IMG/VR virus record: IMGVR_UViG_3300012347_000020 | Location: 1-36,040 of that record | Length of the DNA: 36,040 nucleotides | Reading direction: 5' to 3' (one strand) | DNA from: a virus | Lineage: Duplodnaviria > Caudoviricetes | In this document: positions 34,261 to 36,040 of the stretch, piece after piece | Layout of the letters: each line of letters begins with the position of its first letter | Numbering within the stretch: the stretch's first letter is position 1 | Translations under genes and position numbers: made by a program | The notes under the pieces: generated by a model | What the model was told of the DNA's origin: nothing | Database searches by the model: none | Seen by the model: only the letters and a program-made list of their open reading frames with translations

Positions 34261-34730
34261 GCCTTCAAGGCTTCAACACCAGCAAACAACTGACCGTAGT
34301 GCTCGGGCTTCACATCGTTGATGTTCTGGTAACCCAGATTCACCAGCACGTTCTGGATCATGGCACCCTTTTGAGGGCCAAGCGCCTTGTATGCGCTCAT
34401 CACGTAGTCAATCAGACCCTTGCCGTCAGTGAACGGTGCGCCAGTGGGCGCAGGTGCGGCCACGGAGGCAGGGGCAATGAATGAGGGAGGCGCTGGCATC
34501 GCGGCCTGTGTACCATTCGCCACAGTTACGCTGGGTGCAGCCACAGCCTGGACAGTTGTAGGAGCAAGTACGGCAACTGTCGGGGCCGCTGGGGTAGGGG
34601 GGACCGCTTGTACCACGGGTGTGGGTGCTGGTGCAACAGGTGCACCAGCGGTTACATTGATGCCTTCAATTTTGGCAGTCAGGGCAATAACGGCTTGAGC
34701 CAGTGCTTCAATTTTGAGTTCGAGTGACAT
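34257..34730 (-). CDS. hypothetical protein with coiled-coil, Pro/Ala linker and small helical C-terminal domain
   Basis: 157 aa; GGAG SD; directly upstream of DUF2800. Confidence 0.8.
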   Translation of the reverse strand: MSLELKIEALAQAVIALTAKIEGINVTAGAPVAPAPTPVVQAVPPTPAAPTVAVLAPTTVQAVAAPSVTVANGTQAAMPAPPSFIAPASVAAPAPTGAPFTDGKGLIDYVMSAYKALGPQKGAMIQNVLVNLGYQNINDVKPEHYGQLFAGVEALKA

Positions 34731-34914
34731 AAAGTTTCTCCAGAGGGTTACGGATTACAGGCGGTTGAATTGTGAGGCGATCTTCAACAAACGCCTCGAC
34801 GATTTCACGATGCACTTCGCTCGGGGTTCCGAGCTTTGATGCCTTGGCGTGAAATTTGGTTCGCGTCTTGTCTGTCACTCGGACAGTCATGAACGCTGAT
34901 TTGGGTTGTGACAT
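34708..34914 (-). CDS. ribbon-helix-helix DNA-binding protein
   Basis: ATG 34914 with AAGGA SD; FMTVRV strand, helix, G.PSEV.RE.V..F second helix. Confidence 0.7.
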   Translation of the reverse strand: MSQPKSAFMTVRVTDKTRTKFHAKASKLGTPSEVHREIVEAFVEDRLTIQPPVIRNPLEKLYVTRTQN

Positions 34915-34942
34915 GAATAAATTCCTTAACCATTGGGCGCAA

Positions 34943-34972
34943 GTGTACATCACTGTGATACGATTGTGCAAC
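34943..34972 (-). promoter_or_regulatory. promoter of leftward replication operon in a divergent intergenic region
   Basis: TTGCAC-18 nt-TACACT on minus strand; palindrome ATCACTGTGAT in spacer; TGaTACGAT on plus strand. Confidence 0.5.
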
Positions 34973-35004
34973 AGTTTGAAATTTATTTTTGAAAGGATGA
35001 AATC

Positions 35005-35256
35005 ATGACCATACAACACACACCGGGACCGTGGTGGTGCAGTGGCTTGGAAGTCGGAACCGTGCCAATGATGATGGTGAAGGTCGCCAATGTATCTGGG
35101 GCCAACTATCAAGAGGCTCAAGCCAACGCCCGCCTGATCGCCGCAGCGCCTGAACTGCTGGAGGCTTTGCAGCACCTTATGGTGGCACATGGTGAGCAGT
35201 TGGATTACGCATTTCAGCAAGCACAAGAAGCCATTGCTAAAGCAACAACGGAATAA
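35005..35256 (+). CDS. conserved phage hypothetical protein (HTPGPW...ANARLIAAAPELLEAL)
   Basis: Widespread phage motif; AAGGA SD. Confidence 0.8.
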   Translation: MTIQHTPGPWWCSGLEVGTVPMMMVKVANVSGANYQEAQANARLIAAAPELLEALQHLMVAHGEQLDYAFQQAQEAIAKATTE

Positions 35257-35284
35257 AAAGCCCCGGTGGTTAGACCGGGGCTTT
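35257..35284. terminator. strong hairpin, terminator or attenuator
   Basis: AAAGCCCCGGT-GGTTAG-ACCGGGGCTTT, 11-bp stem. Confidence 0.6.
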
Positions 35285-35334
35285 AAAGGAGAAACAACCA
35301 TGAAGAAACTGGCATCCACCAGCAAGAGGATTTT

Positions 35335-36040
35335 ATGACAGCCGTTCCCACAGTACAAGCGCATCCTGCATCCATTGACGCCTACATCCGGCACGCATGG
35401 TCACTTGTACCCATTCCGTCCGGCACCAAGGGGCCACGCACACCTGGGTGGAACCTGAAACACAACGCCCTGACCTCTCAGGGCGATTTACCATCTGGCT
35501 TTGGCATCGGTCTGGCCCACGCCTACAGCGGCACGATGGCACTCGACATCGACAATTGGGATGTCACGACAATGGTGCTGGGTTTGCAGGGGATCGACAT
35601 CCAATCTCTCTATGACGCCAACGATGCGGTGATCATCGACTCGGGCAGGGCAGGGCACGGTAAGCTGTTGTACCGCATGCCTGATGGCTTGGCGCTGCCA
35701 TCCAAGAAGATCATCACAGCAGGAGAGACCACCTACGAGTTGCGCTGCGCCACGGCCAACGGTCTGACGGTGCAGGACGTGCTGCCCCCAAGCATCCACC
35801 CCGACACGCTCCAGCCTTACCGATGGGCAGGCCGGGGCCACTGGACCCGCCTGCCCCTGATCCCCGATGCTCTGCTCAACTTGTGGCAAGGGATGCTTGG
35901 GCAGGACAAAGAGCGATCCATTGACACCGTTGACTCGGTGAACGCCTCATGGTCCGAGATCCAGTCAGCCCTTGAGGTCATTAGCCCCAACTGCTCCCGT
36001 GAGGAGTGGGTCACCGTGGGCATGGCGCTCAAGTGGGCAG
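35335..36040 (+). CDS. bifunctional primase-polymerase (Prim-Pol plus PriCT-2-like), partial
   Basis: Read by hand: LVPIP..TKGP...GW, ALDID, VLPPSIHP.T..PYRW, REEWV.VGMAL; open to window end. Confidence 0.88.
   Translation, partial: MTAVPTVQAHPASIDAYIRHAWSLVPIPSGTKGPRTPGWNLKHNALTSQGDLPSGFGIGLAHAYSGTMALDIDNWDVTTMVLGLQGIDIQSLYDANDAVIIDSGRAGHGKLLYRMPDGLALPSKKIITAGETTYELRCATANGLTVQDVLPPSIHPDTLQPYRWAGRGHWTRLPLIPDALLNLWQGMLGQDKERSIDTVDSVNASWSEIQSALEVISPNCSREEWVTVGMALKWA

Noticed and set aside
34708-35394. 228-aa ORF as given in the track
   Set aside because: The N-terminal part is antisense to the 35005-35256 gene; the supported gene starts at 34914 with its own SD
1-36040. Prophage, integrase or anti-phage defence island
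   Set aside because: No integrase, att site, host genes or defence domains seen; lifestyle cannot be determined from this partial genome

Overview
About 36 kb of a tailed dsDNA phage genome with a podovirus-type, P22-like morphogenesis module. The host cannot be read from the sequence. Layout: (i) 1-607, small leftward genes; (ii) 608-1248, a non-coding control region with an array of CCCATTGGG motifs; (iii) 1249-24039, a rightward late region (terS, terL, GroES-like, portal, Dps/ferritin-like, HNH, 945-aa modular beta-rich protein, scaffold, coat, head-tail proteins, tail fibre, three ejection proteins, lysis cassette split by an antisense HNH); (iv) 24036-34914, a leftward region (small modular ORFs, glutaredoxin, MazG-like, SNF2 helicase, C5-MTase-like, VRR-NUC, DUF3310, family-B-like DNA polymerase, DUF2815 SSB, DUF2800 nuclease, RHH protein); (v) a divergent primase-polymerase running off the right end. 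Best leads: the CCCATTGGG array, whose motif also overlaps a candidate early promoter and nearly recurs in the RHH leader; a multi-stem RNA in the polymerase leader; a hidden RMF-like ORF; a recurrent GTAACCCGTAACC pre-start motif; nested domain insertions in the 945-aa protein; and two HNH insertions that appear to duplicate the C-terminus of the upstream gene. All family assignments come from motif recognition by eye, not database searches.
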